The notes below the pieces were generated by a model, which was given only the letters and a program-made list of their open reading frames with translations, did not search any database and was not told where the DNA came from. 64,000 nucleotides of DNA from a virus (lineage: Duplodnaviria; Caudoviricetes): the IMG/VR virus record IMGVR_UViG_3300028370_000004, positions 1 to 64,000 of that record; one strand, 5' to 3'. Position numbers and translations under genes: made by a program. Shown in pieces: positions 47,957-58,460 of the stretch (positions are counted from its first letter, which is position 1; each line of letters opens with the position of its first letter).

Positions 47957-49138
47957 TTAGCTAAAGCTAAGATTACCAGTGTTGACTCCAACAACACCCA
48001 GGTAGTCAGCTGCGTTACCAAGTGATGACGCAGTGTTAGTTAGTTCTACATAACCATACCGTGTCATAAAGCTAACCACTGGCTCGAATGTTTGTGGATC
48101 AAGCACAACGCCGGAACTCATTAGTGGAATGTATGGGCAATAGAAGGCCGCTGCATCTGATTCACTTGTTCCTTTGTAGCCAATGATCACATCATCTGAA
48201 GTTGCATATGTGTTGACATATACTTTCATTGCGTTGTTAAGAGTACCGACCATTTTAGTGTTGGTTGGTGCTTCAAATGTGCCTTCGGTAGTACGAGCAA
48301 ATGCCGAAGTAGTTGCTGACTGTAGAAGTGTAAGAACAGTTGGGGAAACAACTGCCCAGTTACCTGCACCGCGACGAGTACGCTGAGCGATTAGGTTTGA
48401 TACTCTGTTGATCTGAACAGCTAGTGCAGCATGCTCGTCACCGACAAAGGTAGCAGTACCGGATACTGCTGCTTGATCGTAAGTTTCTACAGCAGAACCA
48501 GCTAGTGAGCGCAGGCTGCGTAGTACTTCTTGATCAATTTCAGCAGTAATTTCTTGTGCAAGAGCAGCCATGATTTCTGCTTCTACGTCGATGCCATGCA
48601 TCGCTTGTGCGTCTTGTGCAGCTTCAAAAGTCCAACGTGCTGATAGCTTACGTGATTTAGCTTCAACAGTCTGCTTGAGGATCTGGATAGACATCCTGTT
48701 ACCAGCAACGCCTTCGAGCGCCGCAGTATTTGCCGGACGACCATTGCCAGTGCCAATGTTACCTGAGTAACCTTCAGCAATCTTGAATGGACTTAGGGCT
48801 TCTTCACCAGCTGTTACGTTTCCGCCGACACCGTCAGTGAAGCCGTCACTGTAACGCACACGTAGAGTGTGAATCTGCGATACTGGTCCCTGCATTGGCT
48901 GTACACCAACAAGCTCGTTTGCAATAACAGTAGGCATAACACGTCTAATCACTGGAAGGATTACACGGTGTAGTGTTGCGATATTACCAGCAGAAGTGGC
49001 ACCGGCAGTTGCACTTTCTGAAAGATACTTACGAGTATTTTCCAGTGTAACATTCATTACTGCTTTTTTGTTGCCTGCAAGGCCTTCAAGAAGGGCACCC
49101 TTGGTCTCCTGCCATCTACTTTCTAATAGTTCTGACAT
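47957..49138 (-). CDS. Major capsid protein (gp23-like)
   Basis: GVQPMQGP; VEAKSRKL; EITAEID; FYCPYIPL; TRYG. Confidence 0.97.
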   Translation of the reverse strand: MSELLESRWQETKGALLEGLAGNKKAVMNVTLENTRKYLSESATAGATSAGNIATLHRVILPVIRRVMPTVIANELVGVQPMQGPVSQIHTLRVRYSDGFTDGVGGNVTAGEEALSPFKIAEGYSGNIGTGNGRPANTAALEGVAGNRMSIQILKQTVEAKSRKLSARWTFEAAQDAQAMHGIDVEAEIMAALAQEITAEIDQEVLRSLRSLAGSAVETYDQAAVSGTATFVGDEHAALAVQINRVSNLIAQRTRRGAGNWAVVSPTVLTLLQSATTSAFARTTEGTFEAPTNTKMVGTLNNAMKVYVNTYATSDDVIIGYKGTSESDAAAFYCPYIPLMSSGVVLDPQTFEPVVSFMTRYGYVELTNTASSLGNAADYLGVVGVNTGNLSFS

Positions 49139-49150
49139 TTTTGATTCTCC

Positions 49151-50239
49151 TTATTTCAATCCTGCAAGACGACGTATGTCTAATACATTTGTGTCTGCTG
49201 TTGATGTCATGTGTTCTTGTTTACGATTGCCTGTGATTTCTTTGCCTTCTTTAAGGGGTGCCTTTTGTCTTGCGCGAGGATGCCCATCTATTACAGATGG
49301 AAGGTACTTGTTAAACGAACTTTGCAGTCTGTTTGTTTGTACCGATTCTAACAAGTCGTTCATTATTGCCTTTTGACTCTTGTTTAAGGGGCCAGTGAGG
49401 TCGTTTAGTACTTTTGCTCTGTCTCTAGATTCAACTAGGTGCTTGACTTCGTTATTCTTTGATTCTGCTAAGTTCTTTGCTTTAACGGCAAAGGCTTTGG
49501 CTTCTGCAAGCTGTTTGTCTTTTGCATTAAGTACCTTTAGTAGTTTCTTGGTTTCTGACTTCTCATTTAAGTGACTGTTCAGATATTCACCAGCAAACGC
49601 CTCAAATATTTTACGACCAAAGTCGTTCATGCGTGCAACTTCGATATCTTCTTTAAGTTGAAGAATTTCGGAACGTAGTCCCTTTTCAACTGTTTCGGAT
49701 AGTGCAGTTACGCTTCTGTTAATAAAGTCTTGCTTAACTTTAGCAAAGTGCGATTTGGATTCTCTTACGAGACGTACTTTAGTTTCTGCAAGGTCGTTTT
49801 TATCTTCCTGGAATTCAGCAAGTTCTTTTGCAAGTTGCTCTACAACAAAATCTTCAAGTACAGCAAATTTAGTTGCTGTTGTCTTTTGATCGTTGTGTAG
49901 TTCAGAAATTTCACCAGCAAGTTGTTCCATTACAAAGCGCTTCATTAATTTTGCGTCTTCACGCATCTTAATTGCATACTTTGCTTTAGCTTCAGCTAGC
50001 TGTTTGCGGTCTTCATTGAATTCTACCATTTCCTCTATGAGCTTTTCGCTCACAACAGTATCAATTGCTTCGATCATAGCACTTTTATCATGCTCATATT
50101 TCTTAGCAAATTCTTCACGAAGTGCCGTTGTTACCTGTTTGCGGTTTTCTACAACCTTAATGTCCCAGGCTTCTTGAATCTCTGATTTCATTTGCTCAGA
50201 TATCGCGTCACTCTCTAAAAGGGCTTTTAGTGCTTCCAT
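49151..50239 (-). CDS. Prohead scaffolding protein (gp22-like)
   Basis: Coiled coil between the protease and capsid genes. Confidence 0.8.
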   Translation of the reverse strand: MEALKALLESDAISEQMKSEIQEAWDIKVVENRKQVTTALREEFAKKYEHDKSAMIEAIDTVVSEKLIEEMVEFNEDRKQLAEAKAKYAIKMREDAKLMKRFVMEQLAGEISELHNDQKTTATKFAVLEDFVVEQLAKELAEFQEDKNDLAETKVRLVRESKSHFAKVKQDFINRSVTALSETVEKGLRSEILQLKEDIEVARMNDFGRKIFEAFAGEYLNSHLNEKSETKKLLKVLNAKDKQLAEAKAFAVKAKNLAESKNNEVKHLVESRDRAKVLNDLTGPLNKSQKAIMNDLLESVQTNRLQSSFNKYLPSVIDGHPRARQKAPLKEGKEITGNRKQEHMTSTADTNVLDIRRLAGLK

Positions 50240-50251
50240 TATTTTCTCCTT

Positions 50252-50875
50252 TTAATTGAGTCTGTCTATTATGTTCAATAGACTCTCTGCAATGTATTTT
50301 TGTGCCTGTGGGTTGCCTGTTACTTCTTTACTTCGCATAAATGCTTTATAACCGCCTCGTTGATTCATAAGGTGCTCATAAATTGGTGTTGGGTATGCAC
50401 CCGGAGCACTGGGTTGTGCCACTACATCAACAGTAATAATTTCAAATTCTGATACTTCGCCGCTGCCGTCTTCTTTAACGTTGCCACTTCCACGCGATGA
50501 AACACCTAGTTTAACACCCGCTTCGAGCATTGTTTGAACTAGTTGTCCCATCGGTGTAGGAAGTATCTTTAGTTTACCATAACCATTTGGGCCATCCATC
50601 CACATTTCTGTGATCATATGACTTACGCGGTCTAGGTTGATATTAAGGCCTTCAGGATGATCTACTTCACCGAGAACTGAGTATCCTCCGCTAACCTGAT
50701 CGTTAAGAGTTCTGACAGCCCTGCCAATTTCATTTACGGGATACAAACGTTGATTTGCGTTACGTATTCCGCCTTGAATAACAATACCCTTCATATGAAG
50801 AGTTTTGCCATCTTCGGCAGACTCAACTATCATTTTAGCCTGGTCGAAACTAAGACTCTCTGTTAAGAAATTCAT
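50252..50875 (-). CDS. Prohead protease (gp21-like)
   Basis: NANQRLYP; LGEVDHP; LGVSSRGSG; DVVAQPSAPGA. Confidence 0.95.
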   Translation of the reverse strand: MNFLTESLSFDQAKMIVESAEDGKTLHMKGIVIQGGIRNANQRLYPVNEIGRAVRTLNDQVSGGYSVLGEVDHPEGLNINLDRVSHMITEMWMDGPNGYGKLKILPTPMGQLVQTMLEAGVKLGVSSRGSGNVKEDGSGEVSEFEIITVDVVAQPSAPGAYPTPIYEHLMNQRGGYKAFMRSKEVTGNPQAQKYIAESLLNIIDRLN

Positions 50876-50897
50876 CTGTTGTCCTTACCTTCTTGCC

Positions 50898-51917
50898 TTA
50901 CTTCTTGCGCACAGTAGTTTTGATTGTACTACCAGCGCCTCTGTCGGCAGTTTCTGGCTTGCCTTTCTTTTCGGCGCCATGACCTGGTTCATTCTTCTTA
51001 AAAGAAGATTTCCCAGCCTTCCCGCCTGGAACGTTTATATTCCCTGCGTTATCTGTTTTTGGGTTACCTTTAAACACACTTTGGCCCTTCAAGTGACCCT
51101 TGTTTGCTTCAGTTGGAGTTTCTGTGTCTGTGCGTAGTATGTTAGCAGATGATCCTCCCATGTCATTCTTCGAAGCAACTGTTGACTTGGAGTTTGCTCC
51201 GTTGTCGCCGCCAATTTTGGAACCTAATTCACCGCCTTGAACTTTTTCAACATACTCGCGCATTTGTTCGCCAGCGCTTTTTGGTCCTCTTGGAGATTTT
51301 GATGATTCATAAGCAAATGATTCTTCTTCAGCTTCGTCTTCTTCAGCTTCTTCTTCTTCGCCTTCTTCTTCGCCTTCTTCTTCTTCGTCATTTCCAAATG
51401 GATTTGCTTCGTCATCGCCGTCGTTGCCGATTATGTCTTGAAATTCTGATCTTAGCTTTTCCAATGCATCTGCAAGGTCATCAATTGCTGCCAATGGGCC
51501 GGCACCACCCTCGTCGTTCATCATGTCGTCCATGCCATCGTCTGGATCCATTTCACCGTCTTCGTCGTCCATGCCAACGTCGCTTATCATGTTATCAGTA
51601 GCGTCGCCGCCCATCATTGATGGATCTTCTTCGGACATATTGTTAAGACCAAACATTTCGTCTAGGTCTTCCTCGTCGTCCTTGTCTTCGTAAGAGCCTT
51701 CGGATACTTCCTCGTCATCAAGATCGTCCTCTTCAGCTTCGTCAAGGTCGTCCTCTTCTTCTTCATCTAGATCTTCGTCTTCATCAGACTCGATGATATT
51801 TTGATAAATTGCTCTTGATTTCTCTACCACAATCTCGTGGAATAATTCTTCGGCACCGGCTCTGTCTTCATTAATAAGACGCTCTACCATTTGTTCAAAT
51901 TTGCTACGTTCAGTCAT
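50898..51917 (-). CDS. Highly acidic prohead core-like protein
   Basis: D/E-rich; AGGAG before ATG 51917; upstream of the protease. Confidence 0.65.
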   Translation of the reverse strand: MTERSKFEQMVERLINEDRAGAEELFHEIVVEKSRAIYQNIIESDEDEDLDEEEEDDLDEAEEDDLDDEEVSEGSYEDKDDEEDLDEMFGLNNMSEEDPSMMGGDATDNMISDVGMDDEDGEMDPDDGMDDMMNDEGGAGPLAAIDDLADALEKLRSEFQDIIGNDGDDEANPFGNDEEEEGEEEGEEEEAEEDEAEEESFAYESSKSPRGPKSAGEQMREYVEKVQGGELGSKIGGDNGANSKSTVASKNDMGGSSANILRTDTETPTEANKGHLKGQSVFKGNPKTDNAGNINVPGGKAGKSSFKKNEPGHGAEKKGKPETADRGAGSTIKTTVRKK

Positions 51918-52015
51918 GTTGTTCTCCTGTATGTCCAAGGCTGTCAATTGTATTTACATACAATTAAAAAAAGTATGCCGAAATGGGCCCAAACGAGCCC
52001 ATTCATTTATTTACC

Positions 52016-52732
52016 TTATACTAGTCTAAATCTCTTCTTAAAATTTTCAACTGTTATATGAGTAAGATTAGGTATTCCTATTAACGTGTCGGGTATAAAT
52101 GAAGTTGCTGTTTCAATTACACGTATGTATTTAACCGTTGTATTTCTTTTAATGCAACTTGTTGTTTGTTTTTGCCAGTTTCCAAAGTAAGTTGCTCTGT
52201 CGTTGACATTTTTATAGTTAGCCGATCCCGAGTACACGTTGTTCACTAATTCATTTTTGTTTCCAATACCTTTGTAATCAAATCCTAAAATATAAATTGT
52301 TTTATTTTCGTGGGTGCTTGCTAAATTTAATGCACTTGGGCCGCTGCTCCATCCTAAGTTCGGGTCAAATAAATTTAATCCTACAATCTCTTTTGAGTAT
52401 TTGTTTGTATTAGTCCACACAGAATGTAGTTTGTGATACCCAGCAGTTGCAATTTCTCTAACCATCTTAGTATCAACTGCAATCAGGTAGTCGGGCGAAA
52501 ATTCTCTATACAGTGCGTTGCAGCCATATGTAATTCCATGAATTCCAAGGTCAAATGGATTGATACTCTGTCGACTAACCCCGTTGCCTAACACAAATGC
52601 AACACTAGTGTATGTGGTTGTTGGAATTATTTTTTCAACAATTAAGTTTTGTTCACGGATTACAGCTTTTTCGTCACGCTTCCTGTTTTTACGTTGTTGT
52701 GTTGTTTCGTTTGGTAAAAGATCTTTGGTCAA
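52016..52732 (-). CDS. Hypothetical protein with GNGxS / GFD motifs (MptE/DUF115- or sialyltransferase-like fold)
   Basis: FVLGNGVSR..YGCNALYR..SSGPSA..IYILGFD; TAAGGAG before TTG 52732. Confidence 0.6.
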   Translation of the reverse strand: MTKDLLPNETTQQRKNRKRDEKAVIREQNLIVEKIIPTTTYTSVAFVLGNGVSRQSINPFDLGIHGITYGCNALYREFSPDYLIAVDTKMVREIATAGYHKLHSVWTNTNKYSKEIVGLNLFDPNLGWSSGPSALNLASTHENKTIYILGFDYKGIGNKNELVNNVYSGSANYKNVNDRATYFGNWQKQTTSCIKRNTTVKYIRVIETATSFIPDTLIGIPNLTHITVENFKKRFRLV

Positions 52733-52742
52733 AAGAATCTCC

Positions 52743-52994
52743 TTACATTGGAGGTTGCTCTTGCATCTGCGCAGCAATGCCGTACATTGCTTTAATGTGA
52801 TCCAAGTCTTTATTAGCTTCTTTTCTATGCATGTCGTCTGCGCGCCGGGCCTTGTTTATGTCTTTTAAGGTAAGTCTCGTTTTGCGCAAGTCATCAATGT
52901 CCATAATGGAATCGTCTTCGCCTGCGTCATAACGTTCGTCGTCAACGGGCTCCATTGTCTCTTTGTCAAAGTAATATAATTCACGTATTATCAT
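52743..52994 (-). CDS. Hypothetical protein
   Basis: RKTRLTL motif; ATG 5 nt after TAAATA. Confidence 0.7.
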   Translation of the reverse strand: MIIRELYYFDKETMEPVDDERYDAGEDDSIMDIDDLRKTRLTLKDINKARRADDMHRKEANKDLDHIKAMYGIAAQMQEQPPM

Positions 52995-53002
52995 ACTATT
53001 AT

Positions 53003-55897
53003 TTATGACCCAAACGGCGCATTGCCGCCTTGTGTATCTGCAGATGCTCCAGGCGATGCACTTGCGTCACCGGTTGTATCATCTAAGTCTATATCAGAGT
53101 CTGGTCCATCTGCTGCACCCATGTCTGCACTAATATCTGCGCCTGTAATGCCAGCATCTCTCATTTGAGAGCTTGCATCTTGCTCGCCTGTTTCAAACTC
53201 ATCTTCGTTTTCTTCTCTCCAAAGCTTTTCGTTGGTGGCAATTTCTTCCTTGGACAATCCTAAAAATCTCTCTAACGCAAAACGGTTGGCAATAAACGGA
53301 ACAGCTTGCATAGATGAGAAAGTTGAAATTCTATTGCTGTCAAGTTCTGCTTGTCGATAGCTTGCAAAGTTTTGCGGTGGCTGTAATTTCAGATCAAACA
53401 TTGCAACATCGATGTTGATGCCTTTTTGACTTAGATAAAGTTTAAATTCTTTGTTAAACACTTCGGCAACAAGGCTCTGTAGTCGTTCACAATAGTTGTT
53501 GAAGCGTAGCTCTTGAATGTAAGCAGTACCAACACGTCCGTCATTGAATTGGCTTGCACTATCATCGGCACCGGTTGGAAGGTACGAACTGGGAATACGA
53601 AGACCGCGTAACAATTTGTTGGTAAAGTATCTTAAGTCGTCAATCTCTCCAAGGTTGGTACCGCCCGGAAGTGTTTCAACTTTTGATCCTCTACCTTCAC
53701 TGTTGTGAACATATATTCCAGCTGCTAGTCCAAACCAATGGCTGTTACTGTCACTTAAAACAGTAATATCTCCAGTGTCCATAGTTTCAGTTAACCATTC
53801 AATAGCCGCAACTTTGTGATTTTGTTTGTTAGAGAACTTACTATGCTGACCAGTATAATCTTTTTTCCAATCGCCAAATGTTCTATATCCTACTACTCCT
53901 ACAATCTTGTTAAGAGTAGTATCAGTAACCTGTAAGTTGCTGCTTTTATTTTTGTCTCTCTTTAAATTTGTATTTGCATCTTTGAATGATTGTTGAAATT
54001 CCTCGTTATTTTGAAGATGCACTGATAACTTAGAAATACTATCATTGCCAGTATCAAATGCTTCCTTCATTTTATTAAACATGTTTATTGAGAAGTTTAT
54101 TGTCTTAGCAGCTGAGTTTTTGTTTCTTGATAATTGTAATGACTTGTAAACAGACTGTCTTGATTCTCTTGAAATTTTAGACCATCCAGCTAACGCATTT
54201 TTTTGATTGCGCTTACTGATTTTTTCCATAAAGCAACTATCCGAATTGGCATACAAGTTCTTCATTCCGTCTAATAACTTTTGTCGAGATTCTGGATTAC
54301 TCCACTGCTTATTAATGCTGTATGAACCTGCATTCCTATGTAATTCAATATGATCCGCAGTTAACAGTACTTGTAAATTAGTCGGATTATTGTTTTTGCT
54401 GTTAAAGTCAACATGGTGAACTTGAGTATCTTTTCCCGGCTGCTTGTTTGCCACAGTAGCATGAACAAACTTAATACTTCCTTCGTTGTTACTACGGTAC
54501 CTTGTGTATTTTTTATTTTTTTGTTTTGGACCAGAATATCCATCGCGCAATTCTAGCGGCATTAAGCTGTCATTGATTAAAAGATGCTGAGCTTCTACTT
54601 CTCTACCGTCGCGCATAATGAACCTATGATCAGGCGTAGAGGTGATGGTTTCACCGTTGTCCAGTGTTATCTTTAAAACTTTAGCATTTTTACGAGTGAT
54701 ACCAGCCCACTTGATTTCAGCTGATTCCATTTCATGAGTAATGTTGCTCAACCCATAAGTCCAATTACGCTTGCCATTTTTATATTCTAAAATTATTTCA
54801 TCTAACGTTAGCGTCCTTCCGTCTAATAACGGTATTGGTGTTTCTAATGAAAGGCAGGTCTGGGGGAAGAAATAATCCTCATTGATAGACAACGGATTGT
54901 ATGAACTATCAATAACAGTTTGACCTCCGCCTGTCTTCGATGGAATTCGTCTTTGGTGAATTTCTGTTTTTACTCTTTCCACAAACTGCATAGCAAGGTG
55001 ACTTGGCATGTTGCCAACGTCTACATAAAATACTCTGCGCTCTGGCGCACGCTGAACGCGGTAGATGATGATTGCATCCTCTAGTAATTCTTTTTGCTTG
55101 TAAACTTTGAAGATGCTTTCCAGCAAACTGTTGCCAAACGGATAGTTTTGATCCATTCCTTCGCTAAGAGACATGTGTATAACATGTTCTGCATCAACTG
55201 CTGTCTCGTTCGATTCGTTTGAGAATCTACTTGTGTTCAAATCTGGTGTACTTCCGGGTGCGCCTCCGCCGCTGCCCATAGACGGTCCGCCCATGCCTCC
55301 TGCGCCGTTTGGTCCGTATGCATTAGTGGTGTTTAGCTTGGTCGCCGACAAGCTTTCAAATGATATGTTTATATCCTTAACCATGTATTGCTCTGGACGC
55401 TTGCCTTCACTTTCGTTTACAATAATTTTACTCAAGTTAGCAGGATCAACATGGAACCACTTTTTGGTTTCAGGGTCTCTTAGGAAAAATTGGTCACCAT
55501 ACTTGAAAATATTTCTAATAATTCTAAACATACGAGTTTCAAATTCTTGTAATTTTGCCCACCGGTGAAGATACTGACTTAGAATTTGCACTTCGCTGTT
55601 AGTAGGCGCGCCATTGTATTCAATTTTAAATGGTGTGTTGTTTTCTTTGTTCTTTTGAGTGCAAAACTCAGCAAGGATGTCCAATGCTGCATTTATTTCA
55701 GAATCACTGTCCATGGTGTTGTATTGTCCGTAGCGTTCAACACGGTTTGGATTGCCAACATAAACGTCTGGAAGATGTGAACTATAATTAGAGGCAGCAG
55801 GACCGAGCCCTTGTCCTTTTGAGAAACTAAAAGGACTATAGCTGCCTCCCTGATTCATGCTTGTCGGAACAGGCGAGAAGTATTTTTTCCACGACAT
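53003..55897 (-). CDS. Portal protein (gp20-like) with a 385-aa intein
   Basis: LEDAIIIYRVQRAPERRVFYVDVGNMP; EDYFFPQT|intein|SEGRGSKVETLPGG. Confidence 0.96.
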   Translation of the reverse strand: MSWKKYFSPVPTSMNQGGSYSPFSFSKGQGLGPAASNYSSHLPDVYVGNPNRVERYGQYNTMDSDSEINAALDILAEFCTQKNKENNTPFKIEYNGAPTNSEVQILSQYLHRWAKLQEFETRMFRIIRNIFKYGDQFFLRDPETKKWFHVDPANLSKIIVNESEGKRPEQYMVKDINISFESLSATKLNTTNAYGPNGAGGMGGPSMGSGGGAPGSTPDLNTSRFSNESNETAVDAEHVIHMSLSEGMDQNYPFGNSLLESIFKVYKQKELLEDAIIIYRVQRAPERRVFYVDVGNMPSHLAMQFVERVKTEIHQRRIPSKTGGGQTVIDSSYNPLSINEDYFFPQTCLSLETPIPLLDGRTLTLDEIILEYKNGKRNWTYGLSNITHEMESAEIKWAGITRKNAKVLKITLDNGETITSTPDHRFIMRDGREVEAQHLLINDSLMPLELRDGYSGPKQKNKKYTRYRSNNEGSIKFVHATVANKQPGKDTQVHHVDFNSKNNNPTNLQVLLTADHIELHRNAGSYSINKQWSNPESRQKLLDGMKNLYANSDSCFMEKISKRNQKNALAGWSKISRESRQSVYKSLQLSRNKNSAAKTINFSINMFNKMKEAFDTGNDSISKLSVHLQNNEEFQQSFKDANTNLKRDKNKSSNLQVTDTTLNKIVGVVGYRTFGDWKKDYTGQHSKFSNKQNHKVAAIEWLTETMDTGDITVLSDSNSHWFGLAAGIYVHNSEGRGSKVETLPGGTNLGEIDDLRYFTNKLLRGLRIPSSYLPTGADDSASQFNDGRVGTAYIQELRFNNYCERLQSLVAEVFNKEFKLYLSQKGINIDVAMFDLKLQPPQNFASYRQAELDSNRISTFSSMQAVPFIANRFALERFLGLSKEEIATNEKLWREENEDEFETGEQDASSQMRDAGITGADISADMGAADGPDSDIDLDDTTGDASASPGASADTQGGNAPFGS
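53702..54856 (-). mobile_element. Contiguous intein with HNH endonuclease domain in the portal
   Basis: CLSLETPI start; TSTPDHRF block B; VHHVDFNSKNNNPTNL (HNH); GIYVHN|S end. Confidence 0.93.
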
Positions 55898-55921
55898 TTT
55901 ATATTACCTTAATTTTTCTAA

Positions 55922-58381
55922 TCACAAGCCTGCACCCTTGAACATATCTGTTCCTAGTCCGCGTAGGCCTTTTCTTGTTCTTTCCTGAACTGCAACACCT
56001 TGTTGTGTTGCTCCCAGCAATCTTAATATGTTACTATTTAGCTCATTTAGTGCAGTTATTACGCCAGTTTGGTTATTACCAGAGTCTGTAGAAATCATTT
56101 TTGTCTGCTGTGACAACAGCTTTTCTACTACATCTTCTATGTCAGTATCAGAAGTTGCAATGTTGTGCATTACAGCCGGTGTTGACCTACTAGGGCTCTG
56201 AAAACCGTTTGTACTGTTTTGTTGGTCAAAGAAACTTGCTAACATTTCACCAGCAGGCGAATTTCTTGGAACAACTGCTTCTGATCCGTGCAACATAACC
56301 GGTGTGCCGCCGCCAAATTGTTCAAATCCGTCTGTGCCTTGCGAATATTGTTGCAGGCTTTCCAGCACACTTAGTCGATTCTCAGCAGCCCAAAGCGCTT
56401 CAGGATCTCGATACATGCCCAGCTGATTAGTGTTTTCGGGGCCTGAAAGTCGAGCAACTTCTGCTTGCATCCTTGAGATTTCGTTGCGAAGGGAATCTCG
56501 GTTTTCATCGCCGCCGAATTCCCTTTGCACTGATTGGTCTTCTCTGCGTTGTTCTAGAGCTCTATCGTTGATAAACAGTCCGGCGAAGCCATTGTTAAGT
56601 GTGTCAAATAAATTAATTATTTGATCTTCTAAAAATAATCTCATAGAATCCAGCATGCCTTGCACCTCGGAACCTTCCCAGAGATCAGTTATTTTTTGAA
56701 TAATATATTCAGAAACATTTACAAATGCAGTACTAATAGAGTTTCGCAACTCTGCATTTTCAAACAATCTAGTAAATACGCCAGACATCATACTACCAAA
56801 ATCACCAACTTCCTCAAGCAACGCAATCCATAACCCGTCTTCGCCTACATTTTCAATAAAGTTTTTGCCCCATTCGGTAATTACACCAAACGCTATTCCG
56901 GCACCTTCGAGTACTCCTTGGAATTTATCTGACTTAACAAAGTTAGCTAACTTTGTTAAGCCAATAGTAAATATGCCTGTTTCGCCAAATAAATATCTCA
57001 TAGTATTAGAAATAGTAGTTTTCATCATAGAAAATGGTCCACCCCCTTCGCCAAATGTATCCATCATTTCTTGACCAATTCTTCCAAGCTCAGTTGCAAA
57101 CTCACTGTCGAGGAAAGTAGTAAACAAGAAAGATCTAAATGCTGCTAATGCTTGTTCAAACTTGCCAAGTGTGCCTGTTATTCTGTTTCTCTTCTCCTGT
57201 TCAGCCGCTGCTTCTTCAGAGTTTAGGTTTACCATGTTGTTTAGTTGATATGTATCGTCAACCATTTGCGCCATTGCTCCTTGCACGCCGCCCATTCCTC
57301 TAAGTACCTGCAATGTTGCGTCAGGCATTTGTCGTGCAAATTGTTGCAAATGTGGCTGAACATTATTAGCCATAAAATCTACATACTCTTCTTGGCTAAC
57401 CGATCCGGCACCGACTCGTTGCATGAATTGTGTTATTCCAGGAACTGCGTTTTGCAATGCCCGGCCTAGATCGGATTGTGCGACTCCGTCGCTGAGATCC
57501 AACAACGACTTGTGGAAGCCAGGAAGTGCATTATCCTGTAAAGTATAAATTGCTCTAAGTTCTTCAGCTTTTGCTGCGCCTAGCCTCTCTTCTACTCTTG
57601 CAATTTGATTGCGCACCTGGCCGTCAGTTTGTAATGCTGCCTGAGAATCCATTAATGCTTCGCGTTGCTTGCCAGTTAGTTTAGCAAGCTTGTCCAGTTG
57701 CATGATGTATTCAGCTGCGCCTGCTTGCGATTCTGCATCGCTTCTGATGTTTCTTTTTCCTCGCATGGTTTCTAATGTCATGTATCCAATCAGCGATTCA
57801 TTGACACTTTCCATGGTCATGCCCATTTCAAAGAAACGCTGACCGATGCCCATCCGAATGTCTCTACTAAACTCTCCGACAAGTTTTGCACCAGAGGTTA
57901 CACTACCACCGAACTTAGCAAGTTCAGTACTGTTGCTTCTTACCATTCCAACAAATTCGTCCAAGTTCATTGCTGCGTCAAGGCTGGTTCTTACCATATC
58001 AGACAAGCTGTTGTTAAAACTTCCGCCCACTGAACTCAGTTCTCTAAACTGATCGATTGTTTTGTCAACAAAGTTTACAAAGAGAGTTATTTTGCCACTG
58101 CCCAACAACATTTCAGAAAAGTCGCCAAGTCTGTTACCAGTTATCAGCAGCTTGTCAGCAAATGTACCAACTGCACCAGTACCTGCTTTTATGCCTTTGA
58201 CAAATTTGCTTTGCTCTTTGGTAGCGGCTGCTGTGGATCTATTATAAAGGTCTCTTAATCTCTGCGCATCACTGTTGCCAGATCCGCCGGTGGTACCTTT
58301 GACTGCATCTATTAGTTGTAGTAATGTTGCTTCACTGGCGACTCCTCGGCCGCCTACATTTTTAATTTCAACTTCATCCAC
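55922..58381 (-). CDS. Tape-measure-like protein
   Basis: Long helical Ala/Gly-rich protein; LHGSEAVVP motif; divergent from the baseplate hub genes. Confidence 0.65.
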   Translation of the reverse strand: MDEVEIKNVGGRGVASEATLLQLIDAVKGTTGGSGNSDAQRLRDLYNRSTAAATKEQSKFVKGIKAGTGAVGTFADKLLITGNRLGDFSEMLLGSGKITLFVNFVDKTIDQFRELSSVGGSFNNSLSDMVRTSLDAAMNLDEFVGMVRSNSTELAKFGGSVTSGAKLVGEFSRDIRMGIGQRFFEMGMTMESVNESLIGYMTLETMRGKRNIRSDAESQAGAAEYIMQLDKLAKLTGKQREALMDSQAALQTDGQVRNQIARVEERLGAAKAEELRAIYTLQDNALPGFHKSLLDLSDGVAQSDLGRALQNAVPGITQFMQRVGAGSVSQEEYVDFMANNVQPHLQQFARQMPDATLQVLRGMGGVQGAMAQMVDDTYQLNNMVNLNSEEAAAEQEKRNRITGTLGKFEQALAAFRSFLFTTFLDSEFATELGRIGQEMMDTFGEGGGPFSMMKTTISNTMRYLFGETGIFTIGLTKLANFVKSDKFQGVLEGAGIAFGVITEWGKNFIENVGEDGLWIALLEEVGDFGSMMSGVFTRLFENAELRNSISTAFVNVSEYIIQKITDLWEGSEVQGMLDSMRLFLEDQIINLFDTLNNGFAGLFINDRALEQRREDQSVQREFGGDENRDSLRNEISRMQAEVARLSGPENTNQLGMYRDPEALWAAENRLSVLESLQQYSQGTDGFEQFGGGTPVMLHGSEAVVPRNSPAGEMLASFFDQQNSTNGFQSPSRSTPAVMHNIATSDTDIEDVVEKLLSQQTKMISTDSGNNQTGVITALNELNSNILRLLGATQQGVAVQERTRKGLRGLGTDMFKGAGL

Positions 58382-58460
58382 GGGCTAGATCATCCTGGTT
58401 AAATACGTGTATAACATATATCGATATATAGTGTTAGTATTATTTAGCCGGAGAAAATAT

